DNA of 64,000 nucleotides from Parcubacteria group bacterium (GTDB lineage Bacteria; Patescibacteriota; Minisyncoccia; Moranbacterales; UBA2206), in assembly GCA_041659505.1 (NCBI GenBank), contig JBAZYF010000001.1, positions 189,274-253,273 of the forward strand. Reading direction: 5' to 3'. The notes beneath the pieces were generated by a model. The model made no database searches. It worked only from the letters and a program-made list of their open reading frames with translations, and was not told the origin of the DNA. The position numbers were made by a program, and so were the translations under genes. This document shows, one piece after another, positions 1 through 8,544 of the stretch. The stretch's first letter is position 1. Each line of letters starts with the position of its first letter.

Positions 1-23
1 CGGTTTTTGTTTAGCATTTTTTT

Positions 24-121
24 GTAGGGACAAATCTTGTATTTGTCCTCCCCTTGGATTTTGTTTGTCCTGAAATTTGTGTTTATCCTGATTCAAGGAC
101 AGACGCAAGGTCTGTCCCTAC
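24..121. repeat. REP doublet (REPIN-like), GTAG family
   Basis: GTAGGGACAAAT-cttgt-ATTTGTCCT (24-49) and the inverted partner AGGACAGAC-gcaag-GTCTGTCCCTAC (96-121). Confidence 0.75.
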
Positions 122-187
122 GATATTATGGGAAATTGAAAACGTGGATTGTTTTTGGGTTTGACTCCTCAAACCCCTACAAAATCC

Positions 188-240
188 TGCCAATCATTCA
201 ACCCAGAAAACCACAGTTTCGGACAATCAATCCGCACTCA
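188..240. repeat. 53-bp imperfect direct repeat, copy 1 (AATC-unit/GTCYGAA family)
   Basis: tgccaatcattcaacccagaaaaccacagtttcggacaatcaatccgcactca; near-copy at 1708-1760, related copies at 2101-2136 and 15631-15667. Confidence 0.8.
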
Positions 241-249
241 TTGCATTGT

Positions 250-1632
250 CTATTTCAACATCCAAACCGGAACCAGCACTAAATCTTTGTGCACCATAAA
301 ATCGTTTTTGGTAACGACAACTAACTTGTTACCACTTTTTTTTGCCAACTTCGTGGCAAATTTAAATTTATTGAGCGCAATCTGCTCGCGATATTTCACT
401 TCGACGTATTGATACGTTTTCGCGTCCAAAATATTATCCGTCGCTAAAAAATCCACTTCATCTTTCCGAACCCGCCGGAAAGAAACTGCGGAATAGCTTT
501 TTTGCAAAAGTTGCAAACAATAATTCTCCACCAAAAACCCCATTTTGTAGTTCCCTTGCGCCTCATCTGACCAAGCATAGAACGCCGAAACAAAATTGGG
601 ACTACCCAGGTAGATTTTTTTACCCAAGCGCCGGGATTTTCTGGCCGATTTAGTGAAATTATAGACAAGCTGAATGAGAAAACTTTCAGCGAAATAGTTG
701 AGGTATTTTTTGACCGTTTTTTCGTCGATGCCAATTTCGCGCGCGATGTTGCCCGTCTCAATCACCGATCCGATTTCACCGGCCAAAACTTGAAACAAAA
801 ATTTAAGTTCGTCCACTTTTTCCACTCCGAAAATTCGCACAATATCATATTCAATGGTTTTTTTGTAGATCGCATCGGTGAGATATTTTTTGACCACCGC
901 TAGATTATTTTCCCCAACGATTTCCGGAAATTGACCATAGCGAAGATAGTGTTCAAATTCTTTTTCCATTTCCGCGCCGTATTTTTGGAAAAATTTTTCT
1001 TGTGTTGATGAATTTTTCAAGACGAGGCATTGCCTCGTCTCTACAGCGGATGACTGATAACCGGCAAGCAGTTCTTTTTTGACCTTTTTTAATTCCAAAT
1101 ATTCTTGAAAATCCAACACCGGCAAAGAAAATTCATAGATCCGACCCACCAGACTCTCGGTGGTCTTTTTGCGTAAAAACAAAGAGGAAGAACCACTGAT
1201 AATGAATTTTATCCGCGCGTCAGTGTCATAATAGCGTTTCAAAATATGTTGCCATTTCGGGTTATATTGAATTTCATCAAGAAAAATATACAGCGAACCA
1301 CTTTTTGGTGCGCTTTTTTCCAAGTACGCATTCAGGTAATCCGCAATAGTAATCTTTCCGGGAATAATCGCTTCGTCAAAAGTCAAAAAAAGAATCGCCT
1401 CCGGTTTCACTGTCACGAGCAGTTTTTCAATCAATTGTTTCAGGAGAATCGTTTTTCCCGTACGCCGGAGTCCGACAATGGAAATGATCTGTTTTTTGGC
1501 TAAATAGGGCAAAATTTCACCAAACAACTTCCGCTTATAGCTGATATTTTTCAACTCGGCCAAAAACTCATCCGGCGAATCCCAGTGTTTGTTCTGTCGA
1601 TAAATTTCGGCTATAATAAAGGATTTTTTCAT
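250..1632 (-). CDS. AAA+ ATPase (AAA_14 + DUF4143 family), copy 1
   Basis: Walker A GLRRTGKT, Walker B FLDEIQ, SGSSS, LVGR, C-terminal EVDF..VEVK. Confidence 0.9.
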   Translation of the reverse strand: MKKSFIIAEIYRQNKHWDSPDEFLAELKNISYKRKLFGEILPYLAKKQIISIVGLRRTGKTILLKQLIEKLLVTVKPEAILFLTFDEAIIPGKITIADYLNAYLEKSAPKSGSLYIFLDEIQYNPKWQHILKRYYDTDARIKFIISGSSSLFLRKKTTESLVGRIYEFSLPVLDFQEYLELKKVKKELLAGYQSSAVETRQCLVLKNSSTQEKFFQKYGAEMEKEFEHYLRYGQFPEIVGENNLAVVKKYLTDAIYKKTIEYDIVRIFGVEKVDELKFLFQVLAGEIGSVIETGNIAREIGIDEKTVKKYLNYFAESFLIQLVYNFTKSARKSRRLGKKIYLGSPNFVSAFYAWSDEAQGNYKMGFLVENYCLQLLQKSYSAVSFRRVRKDEVDFLATDNILDAKTYQYVEVKYREQIALNKFKFATKLAKKSGNKLVVVTKNDFMVHKDLVLVPVWMLK

Positions 1633-1665
1633 ATTTTTACATTTATAGGTATTATTATTACCAAT

Positions 1666-1694
1666 AATGTAACATCTATTAGGATGAGTGTCAA
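1666..1694 (-). promoter_or_regulatory. sigma70-type promoter of ATPase 1
   Basis: TTGACA (1694-1689), 17 bp, TACATT (1671-1666). Confidence 0.65.
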
Positions 1695-1707
1695 TTTAGA
1701 TGTATTT

Positions 1708-1760
1708 TGCCAATCATTCAATCCAGAAAATCATGGTTTCGGACAGCTAATCCACACTCA
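1708..1760. repeat. 53-bp imperfect direct repeat, copy 2
   Basis: tgccaatcattcaatccagaaaatcatggtttcggacagctaatccacactca; with 188-240 it brackets ATPase 1 and its promoter. Confidence 0.8.
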
Positions 1761-2003
1761 ACCCTTGCGGGGCTATTGGCCGTGATTAAATCACAAAACC
1801 GTCCAAATCTTCGGGCGAAATAAGTTGAAAAAGTTTGTCCTTTATTTGCTCTTTGATAAGCCTTTTATACATAATAGGCGTAATTTAGTGATTATGATTA
1901 CTATTTTACGCCTAACTATCTAGATGTTAAGCGCTTGAGCGTTACCATTGCCCCGAAAACACCTATAAATATTGCGTTTGATTTTTATGTTTTTTATTAC
2001 CCC

Positions 2004-2090
2004 GTAGAGACGAGGCAGTGCCTCGTCTAGACGCCATAGGATTGCGCCATAACGTTTTTAGTCTTAGACGTGGCAGTGCCACGTCTCTAC
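2004..2090. repeat. REP doublet (REPIN-like), GTAGAGACG family
   Basis: GTAGAGACGAGGCAgTGCCTCGTCTAG and the inverted TAGACGTGGCAgTGCCACGTCTCTAC. Confidence 0.85.
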
Positions 2091-2135
2091 AATAAAATCA
2101 TGTCAATCCTTTAATCAGAAAAATCATAGTTCAGA

Positions 2136-5100
2136 CTACTGAAAATTCAACGCACTAGAATTATTATACAATTGCTTCACTTGTTCGGCGGTGAGGGCGT
2201 AGTTGAAAATTTTGACTTCGTCGATTTGGCCGGAGAAGGGATATGACGGATTCATAGATCCTACTGATACATCACCAGCGTGAAGGTTCCAGTATTTATC
2301 TTCTGACGCCATAAATGCTCCATTTTTATATAAATAAACATCTACGCCGTCATAAACAGCAACAACATGGGTCCAAGTGTTCAAGGGTTGAGTGCCAAAA
2401 GATGTGGGATAATAATCATCACCATAGCTTATAACTCCCAGATAATCATTATCATTAATGGCAATTCCAAATATACCAGCATACCCGGTTTCCCCATACC
2501 AAGCCAATGCTTCAGTATAATTCTGGTCAGCGGTTCTATTAAACCATAATGACATAGTTCTTGGAGCAAAACCTATAGGCAAGTTACTTCCTGATGCTGT
2601 CACATAATCATCCCCCCCATCAAAATTCAAACTGGCGCCGTATTTTCCGGTTCGGCCGTTGTACCAGGGGGTGTTGGCGTTGGCGGAGCAGGTGCCGGCG
2701 GTGGTTTGGCCGGAAGCGCCAAGATTAATCGTGCCATCGTTGCCGTTGCCGGATTCGTCGTGCACTGTGCTTCCCTGACATTCATTAAACCGCCACGCCG
2801 CGACCGGTTTGCCTTGATTATATTCCCAAGCAATCTGCGCCGGTGTGCGGGCGTAGTCATAGATGCGGACTTGGTCGATTTGGCCAGGGAAATAATAAGA
2901 ACTGCCAAGAGAGTTTCCAAAACGCACCGGATAACCTCCAGTATCAAGCGTTTCCGTCGCACTGCCGGCACTTTTTCCATCAACATAGATTTTTTGCGCG
3001 TTACTCGTGCTAGTAAAAGCGACATAGTGCCATTTATTATCCAGCACATCAATGCTGGAAGTCGCACTGCCAGAAGAATCCCCATCAGCAATACAAGTGA
3101 TTGTGTTTCCGCTATACCCAGCTATGCAAGATACGCCAAGCTTACTAACAGTTCCTCCGTATGCGCCGGGCGATCCCTTAAGCCAGAAAGAATATGTTGC
3201 ACCGTTTACAAAAGCAAAATTGTTAGCAGACTCAATATAATCATCCACCCCATCAAACGCGCAAGCTGAGCCGTATTTGCCTTGGGCGGCGCAGTTCATT
3301 CCGGTGGCATTGGCCCCATAATGCGTCGTGCCGTTGTTGCCGTTTCCGCTGGTGTCATAGATCGTTTGATTGTCGCCAGCCACTTTTTCATCCATCTTCC
3401 ATTCCCCCACCGGCGTGGCGCAAGCGGTTGTGTCGCCCGGGACACAATATTTTCCGCTCGAGGCATTAGTCGGCGCGCCGGTCGTCGAGACCGATCCGCC
3501 AGCGCCCATCTGCGCCGACACTCCGGAGTTGTAGTCGGTTTTGATTTCGTCTTCGGTGAGAGCGTAGGGGTAGATTTTGAGATCGTCGAGTTCACCGTTA
3601 AAATAATAGATCGGAACAGCTTCGGAGCTATCTCTTCCAATACTCAAAGGCATCGCTGAATAACTTAGCGCTTGCCCCGGGCCATAGCCATTGGCAGTAT
3701 ATATCATTGAAGTTTCTTTTCCATCCAGATACGCTTTTGCATCTGAAGAATTTCCATTTGTCGGAGAAAATGTCACGACAAGATGGTGCCAAACGCTATC
3801 GGTCACTGAACCAGTCGGCAAGTCCCAATAGGGATAGGCTGATCCTGTCATAATTTCAAATCGCGCATGACCATCATTCATCACGAGCAGTGAATAACTT
3901 TTATTAGAGCTTGTATCCACCGGCTTGTTTACAATTATGCCCGAATCATTTGGAGCCCTTTTTAGCCAGGTAGAAATTGTCAGCGAACTTGGTCGAAGCG
4001 CTGTGCTATCTGACACGTTCACATAATCATTCCCATCAAAACTAAGCGCCTTGCCATTTTTGCCGTCATTGGTCCAAGTTGGCGAGGATGAGCCGACGCC
4101 TAGGTTTCCGGCCAAACTTGTTCCGCCAAAACCGGAATTATGCGCCAAAGAGCCGTAGCCTTCGTTGAAATCATACACAGCGACTGGGTTGTGTTCGCCA
4201 TTGTTCATGTCCTCCAAAATCTGCTGTTGCGTGCGGGCATAGTTGTAGATGCGGAAATCATCAATAGCGCCATCAAAATACCTACTTCCAAATTGCGCAC
4301 CAATTTGCATACTACTACCATCATCAACCGTCCCCGCCACCTGGCTATTTTGAAAAACTCCATCAACATAAAGACTGTTGTTAGTACCCGCATGCAGAAA
4401 TTCTATGTGATGCCAGTTTCCACCACCCACAGCCACATTGGAGACAAGATCACTTCCACCGGGTATAGCAAAAGCAATTTTATTGCCATAGCCCATGGAA
4501 GAATTTAAAACTGCATAGAAATACCAGCCTCTAGTAAATAGCACCGAATTGACTGTTGTATCTTTGCTTTTTGTCCAGAACGAAATTGAAAAATTAGGTT
4601 CCAAGGAAAATGCCGGAATATCCACAACATCATCCACCCCATTAAAGCTCAGCGCCGTGCCGTATTTCCCTGATACAAATGGCGCTGTTACATTCTCAAC
4701 ATTTCCGCCTTCCCAATCATCAATCCGTCCGCTAGTTCCGTACAGTAAAACAAAACCTGACGAACCGCTGGTCAAATTGCTGTCGACATAACTAGTTTTT
4801 TCCACGCCGTTGATATAGCCTTTGAGTGTATTCCCCACGACTGCGAACTTAAAGATATCACCATTGGCCGGCGCAGATATGACCACATTTGCAAGTGTCG
4901 AATTGGAACCGCCAAGTGAGCGACCAAGTATCATCCTCCAACTTCCATCATAAAAAACAAATGCGTAGTAAGTATTTTGAGTAGACCCATCTGATCGACT
5001 CAGGAGACTATATTCCGTGTCGGCATTAACTGTATCTAGTTTTATCTGGGAATATTGATCGGCATTTAAGCTATTAGCATTCCAAATAAAAACACTCGCG

Positions 5101-8000
5101 TCACTAGTCGCAGTCTGCCCAACCGTCGTGCTGGAAATAATCTGCGCTGCGCCGCCGTTATAGACTTCAGTCCAGTTAGAACCAAGTGTTGGTCCGGCTC
5201 GATTGAAATCATCCGTCGCAACTGACGTGTAAGAATATGTGACGTCTGAGCCTTGATAATTTCCATCGTTGCCATTTTCGCTCGAATCGCTTATGGTTGT
5301 TCCATTGTGATCATCCATTTTCCAGTGGCCGACCGGGCCGGGTGCCCACTGATAGAGACGCTCCACCTCATCGGCGGACAAGGCGCGGTTGTAGATGCGG
5401 GTTTCGTCGATCGAGCCATTAAATGGATAGGCACCATTGCTACTATGCGCTCCGATTCGAAGAGGATAATCATTGGCTCCGATTCCGCCAGCATATATCG
5501 TTGGCGTGCCAACAGGCGAGCCATTGGCATAAAATTTGATAGTAGCACCATCATATGTTAAAGCTACATTAGTCCACACTCCATCCGGAACGAGATAGCC
5601 ACTACTTAAATCACTTGAATCTGAGGCGGGCGAAGAGTTTCCTAAAAAACATCCCAGATTATTGTCTATAAGATCAAGAAAATAATTACTTTCATCATTA
5701 TTTCCATATCCTTTATTAACTATCATAGCATAACCGGGGTTATTGCCATTTCTTTTTATCCAAGCGGAAATCGTAATATTTGACGGATCCAAACTCCCAT
5801 TGGCCGGGTCGCCCGCATCTATATATTTACCATTCGTTCCAGTGAAAACTCCCCCATTACCAAATTTTCCTCCGGCGGTCGTCGCTCCTCCAGCGGATGT
5901 TCCGTTATTGTTGTTGCCACTAGCATCTTTCACTTCTCCGCTCGTGCCGTTCCAACTCGCTTCGTCCATTTTCCAATAGCCAACTAGACCATCGGTCATC
6001 CACTTGTCGGAACTGCCCCCGAAAGTAGCGCTCGCTCCGGTTTTGGCTTGACCCATACCAGCGAGCCCAGCATTGTAGTCGGCTAAAATTTGCGCTTGCG
6101 TGCGGGCGTAGGGGTAGATTTTTGGTTCGTCGATGGAACCAGTGAAATAATTGCCACCGCCACTATAACCACCAACCGTAAAATAAGTATCATTATACAG
6201 TGTAGCTGGAATTGTTCCGGTATAATTAATACTGACTTGAGTTCCGTTTTTATACAATTTTAAGCGCCCAGAATTTCCTGATTGCGTGCCATCAAAAACC
6301 ATCGTCAAATAAATCCATTGGTTGTCTTCCAAGATATTTGAATCCGACCAGCCATAGTTATTTCCATCCGAGAATAATAACACATCATCTTCCCCACCTT
6401 CACCAGCGTAAGATGTTTCTATTCCCATTCCAGTGGATGAACCAAGATATGAACCCAAAATCAGCTTAAACTCGCCGGGATTATTCGGTTTCACCCATGC
6501 AGACATCGAAACATAAGAATCTCCCGACAGCGGAGCATTCCAAGATGTAGTTACAATACTGCTTGTCCCATCAAACCCCAAACACTTCCCACTCACACAC
6601 TCGCTCTCCGGCTTCCAGGTTGCGCCGGTGATGGTGCCGTCGTTTCTGTTTGAAGTTTCGTCGTGCGCAGTTGCGCCTTGGCCTTCGTCAAATGACCAAT
6701 AGCCGACCGGAGCTGGCGATATTTCTTCGGTGCCTAGCGCGCCGACGGAGTAGGTTGACGCTTCAGTGGAAAAATTGGTGGGGAAGATTGTGTAGGTATA
6801 ATTAGACTCGTCATTGCGATTAAATCCAGTTTCTTCACTGACCCAATTGAAAGTCGATCCGTTTTGGGTTGAAGTAATTGTCGCGCCGGTGGTGGAGGGG
6901 GTGAGGACTTGCCGAATGTAAAGATTATCTATATAAACAGTTCCTGTACAAATCCACCCGTTGGCCGTTCTAACATAAGTGCCCGTATTTGTTAGATATG
7001 CGTTATATGTCGTCCAATTACCTCCACCAGCAAACTGATACCATCCGCTTGAATCCCAGTCAGAATCAATAAATTGAAAATAGCAATTTTCGCCACTAGC
7101 TGTTCTAGCATCAAATGTCGCTGAATATAGAGCACCAGTTGTTGCTGGAACATCGCTTGAATAAGCATATAAATAATCAATACCCAGAGAAATAGCATAA
7201 CTCCCAACATGCTGAGCTCCTCCGCCGACAATACCAATAGCTCCCCCAGCATCCACATACCAAGAACCATAAGTATTGGCTTCTGTCTGCTGATCGCTTG
7301 CCGCCGTATTGTTGGACGATATATCACTTCCATATGTCTCCCCACTTCCCGCCGCTTTAACGTAGCCGGTCAACTTTAATCCCGCATGATCAGCAATAAT
7401 TAATTTGCTATTCAAATTATTAGTGAGCACATTCGCTGCGGAGAAATCGACAAAAGCTGTGCCGTTGACAATCGACAGTTTCATATTAGCTTGTGTCACT
7501 GCCCCGGTCTGCGTCTGAGCAAAACCATTTTCCGCGCTGGTATTGCCATAATACTGCCAAATGGCTTGCTGGCCAGCAGGGAAAGAGTCAAAGCTGACAT
7601 AGACGGAAGTATTGGCTGTTCCGCAGCCGGAAACAATCAGATAGGGCATAATTTTGCCATCATTCTTGGTGAAACGTAAATCTCCGCAATCGGCTTGGAA
7701 TTTGGTGGTGTCCGAAGTGTCCACGGTGAGAGCCACATAGACATTTGTTTGCACACTACCACTGTTGGTCAGTTGGATCGATTTACGAAAAGCCCATTTT
7801 TCATCCCACCAAGAAGCTTCGGTTTTTCGGCCGGAGAACCAGAAGTAAATTGGTAAAATTATGATGACAAGCAGAATGGCCAGGGCGAGGGTTTTGATTT
7901 TTTTGGAACGGAAAATTCTTTTGCCAAATTTGGCAAATCTAAATAGGCCACGGAGAATGGTTAGCAGTGTGCGTTGGAATTTTTGTTTCAACTTTGGCAT
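2136..8000 (-). CDS. Large membrane-anchored surface protein: DUF2341-like N-domain, CBM-like domain, 6 LamG/concanavalin-like domains (paralog 1)
   Basis: Basic N-terminus plus TM helix; WWDEKWAFRKSI..DLRFT; six PVxxWxxDE...FDG.DDY...GxIDE..IY.YA units; 1954 aa. Confidence 0.85.
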   Translation of the reverse strand: MPKLKQKFQRTLLTILRGLFRFAKFGKRIFRSKKIKTLALAILLVIIILPIYFWFSGRKTEASWWDEKWAFRKSIQLTNSGSVQTNVYVALTVDTSDTTKFQADCGDLRFTKNDGKIMPYLIVSGCGTANTSVYVSFDSFPAGQQAIWQYYGNTSAENGFAQTQTGAVTQANMKLSIVNGTAFVDFSAANVLTNNLNSKLIIADHAGLKLTGYVKAAGSGETYGSDISSNNTAASDQQTEANTYGSWYVDAGGAIGIVGGGAQHVGSYAISLGIDYLYAYSSDVPATTGALYSATFDARTASGENCYFQFIDSDWDSSGWYQFAGGGNWTTYNAYLTNTGTYVRTANGWICTGTVYIDNLYIRQVLTPSTTGATITSTQNGSTFNWVSEETGFNRNDESNYTYTIFPTNFSTEASTYSVGALGTEEISPAPVGYWSFDEGQGATAHDETSNRNDGTITGATWKPESECVSGKCLGFDGTSSIVTTSWNAPLSGDSYVSMSAWVKPNNPGEFKLILGSYLGSSTGMGIETSYAGEGGEDDVLLFSDGNNYGWSDSNILEDNQWIYLTMVFDGTQSGNSGRLKLYKNGTQVSINYTGTIPATLYNDTYFTVGGYSGGGNYFTGSIDEPKIYPYARTQAQILADYNAGLAGMGQAKTGASATFGGSSDKWMTDGLVGYWKMDEASWNGTSGEVKDASGNNNNGTSAGGATTAGGKFGNGGVFTGTNGKYIDAGDPANGSLDPSNITISAWIKRNGNNPGYAMIVNKGYGNNDESNYFLDLIDNNLGCFLGNSSPASDSSDLSSGYLVPDGVWTNVALTYDGATIKFYANGSPVGTPTIYAGGIGANDYPLRIGAHSSNGAYPFNGSIDETRIYNRALSADEVERLYQWAPGPVGHWKMDDHNGTTISDSSENGNDGNYQGSDVTYSYTSVATDDFNRAGPTLGSNWTEVYNGGAAQIISSTTVGQTATSDASVFIWNANSLNADQYSQIKLDTVNADTEYSLLSRSDGSTQNTYYAFVFYDGSWRMILGRSLGGSNSTLANVVISAPANGDIFKFAVVGNTLKGYINGVEKTSYVDSNLTSGSSGFVLLYGTSGRIDDWEGGNVENVTAPFVSGKYGTALSFNGVDDVVDIPAFSLEPNFSISFWTKSKDTTVNSVLFTRGWYFYAVLNSSMGYGNKIAFAIPGGSDLVSNVAVGGGNWHHIEFLHAGTNNSLYVDGVFQNSQVAGTVDDGSSMQIGAQFGSRYFDGAIDDFRIYNYARTQQQILEDMNNGEHNPVAVYDFNEGYGSLAHNSGFGGTSLAGNLGVGSSSPTWTNDGKNGKALSFDGNDYVNVSDSTALRPSSLTISTWLKRAPNDSGIIVNKPVDTSSNKSYSLLVMNDGHARFEIMTGSAYPYWDLPTGSVTDSVWHHLVVTFSPTNGNSSDAKAYLDGKETSMIYTANGYGPGQALSYSAMPLSIGRDSSEAVPIYYFNGELDDLKIYPYALTEDEIKTDYNSGVSAQMGAGGSVSTTGAPTNASSGKYCVPGDTTACATPVGEWKMDEKVAGDNQTIYDTSGNGNNGTTHYGANATGMNCAAQGKYGSACAFDGVDDYIESANNFAFVNGATYSFWLKGSPGAYGGTVSKLGVSCIAGYSGNTITCIADGDSSGSATSSIDVLDNKWHYVAFTSTSNAQKIYVDGKSAGSATETLDTGGYPVRFGNSLGSSYYFPGQIDQVRIYDYARTPAQIAWEYNQGKPVAAWRFNECQGSTVHDESGNGNDGTINLGASGQTTAGTCSANANTPWYNGRTGKYGASLNFDGGDDYVTASGSNLPIGFAPRTMSLWFNRTADQNYTEALAWYGETGYAGIFGIAINDNDYLGVISYGDDYYPTSFGTQPLNTWTHVVAVYDGVDVYLYKNGAFMASEDKYWNLHAGDVSVGSMNPSYPFSGQIDEVKIFNYALTAEQVKQLYNNSSALNFQ

Positions 8001-8544
8001 ATGTCTGAACCACTGATTCGCACGTGATTTTCCTGATTACACGTGATTAAGAGGAACTTACTTAATATATCTTCTAACTTCCAAACTTTTTGCTCCGAAA
8101 TTAATCAATAGTCCTACTTTAACTTTATAGGCTTCAATGTAATTTATCAACTGAGCAACATTTACTTCTTCCAGTTTTGTGATGGCTTTTAGTTCTACCA
8201 TGATGTCACCATCAACTAGGAAATCGACTCTTCTTTTACCAATCATCGCGGATTCGTAAAAGATATCCATTTCTTTCTCTCTTTCAAATTTCAAATCTTC
8301 TTTGCTAAATTCTATTTCCAGTGCGCGTTGGTAGATTACCTCTTGAAATCCATTGCCTAGATACTGATGAACTTTTTGCGCACAGCCGATAATCTTTCCG
8401 GTTATGTCGGATTTGTAGTATTTATTGTTGGCATATGTCTGAACCACATGATTAGCACGTGATTTTCCTGATTACACGTGATTTAATTTAAGATTTCCCC
8501 AATCAGTGAAATCAGCGTAATCAGTGATAATCAGTGGTTCAGAC
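7994..8544. mobile_element. Repeat-bounded GxxExxY passenger element
   Basis: Perfect 16-bp inverted ends 8003-8018 / 8529-8544 (GTCTGAACCACTGATT); 55/56-bp direct repeat 7994-8048 / 8428-8483; mobility is inferred. Confidence 0.6.
8058..8447 (-). CDS. GxxExxY protein (PD-(D/E)xK nuclease-like)
   Basis: LGNGFQEVIYQRAL, RVDFLV..VELKA, AQLINY, GLLINFG; the GTG start lies inside the repeat and is uncertain. Confidence 0.9.
   Translation of the reverse strand: MVQTYANNKYYKSDITGKIIGCAQKVHQYLGNGFQEVIYQRALEIEFSKEDLKFEREKEMDIFYESAMIGKRRVDFLVDGDIMVELKAITKLEEVNVAQLINYIEAYKVKVGLLINFGAKSLEVRRYIK

Noticed and set aside
2612-2618. G7 tracts as on/off phase-variation switches (also near 9040, 11702, 20370, 23226)
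   Set aside because: Short, all in frame, and explained as GGG GGG G variants of the entry motif
8003-8544. Canonical IS element
   Set aside because: It has inverted ends but no DDE or HUH transposase and no clear target-site duplication
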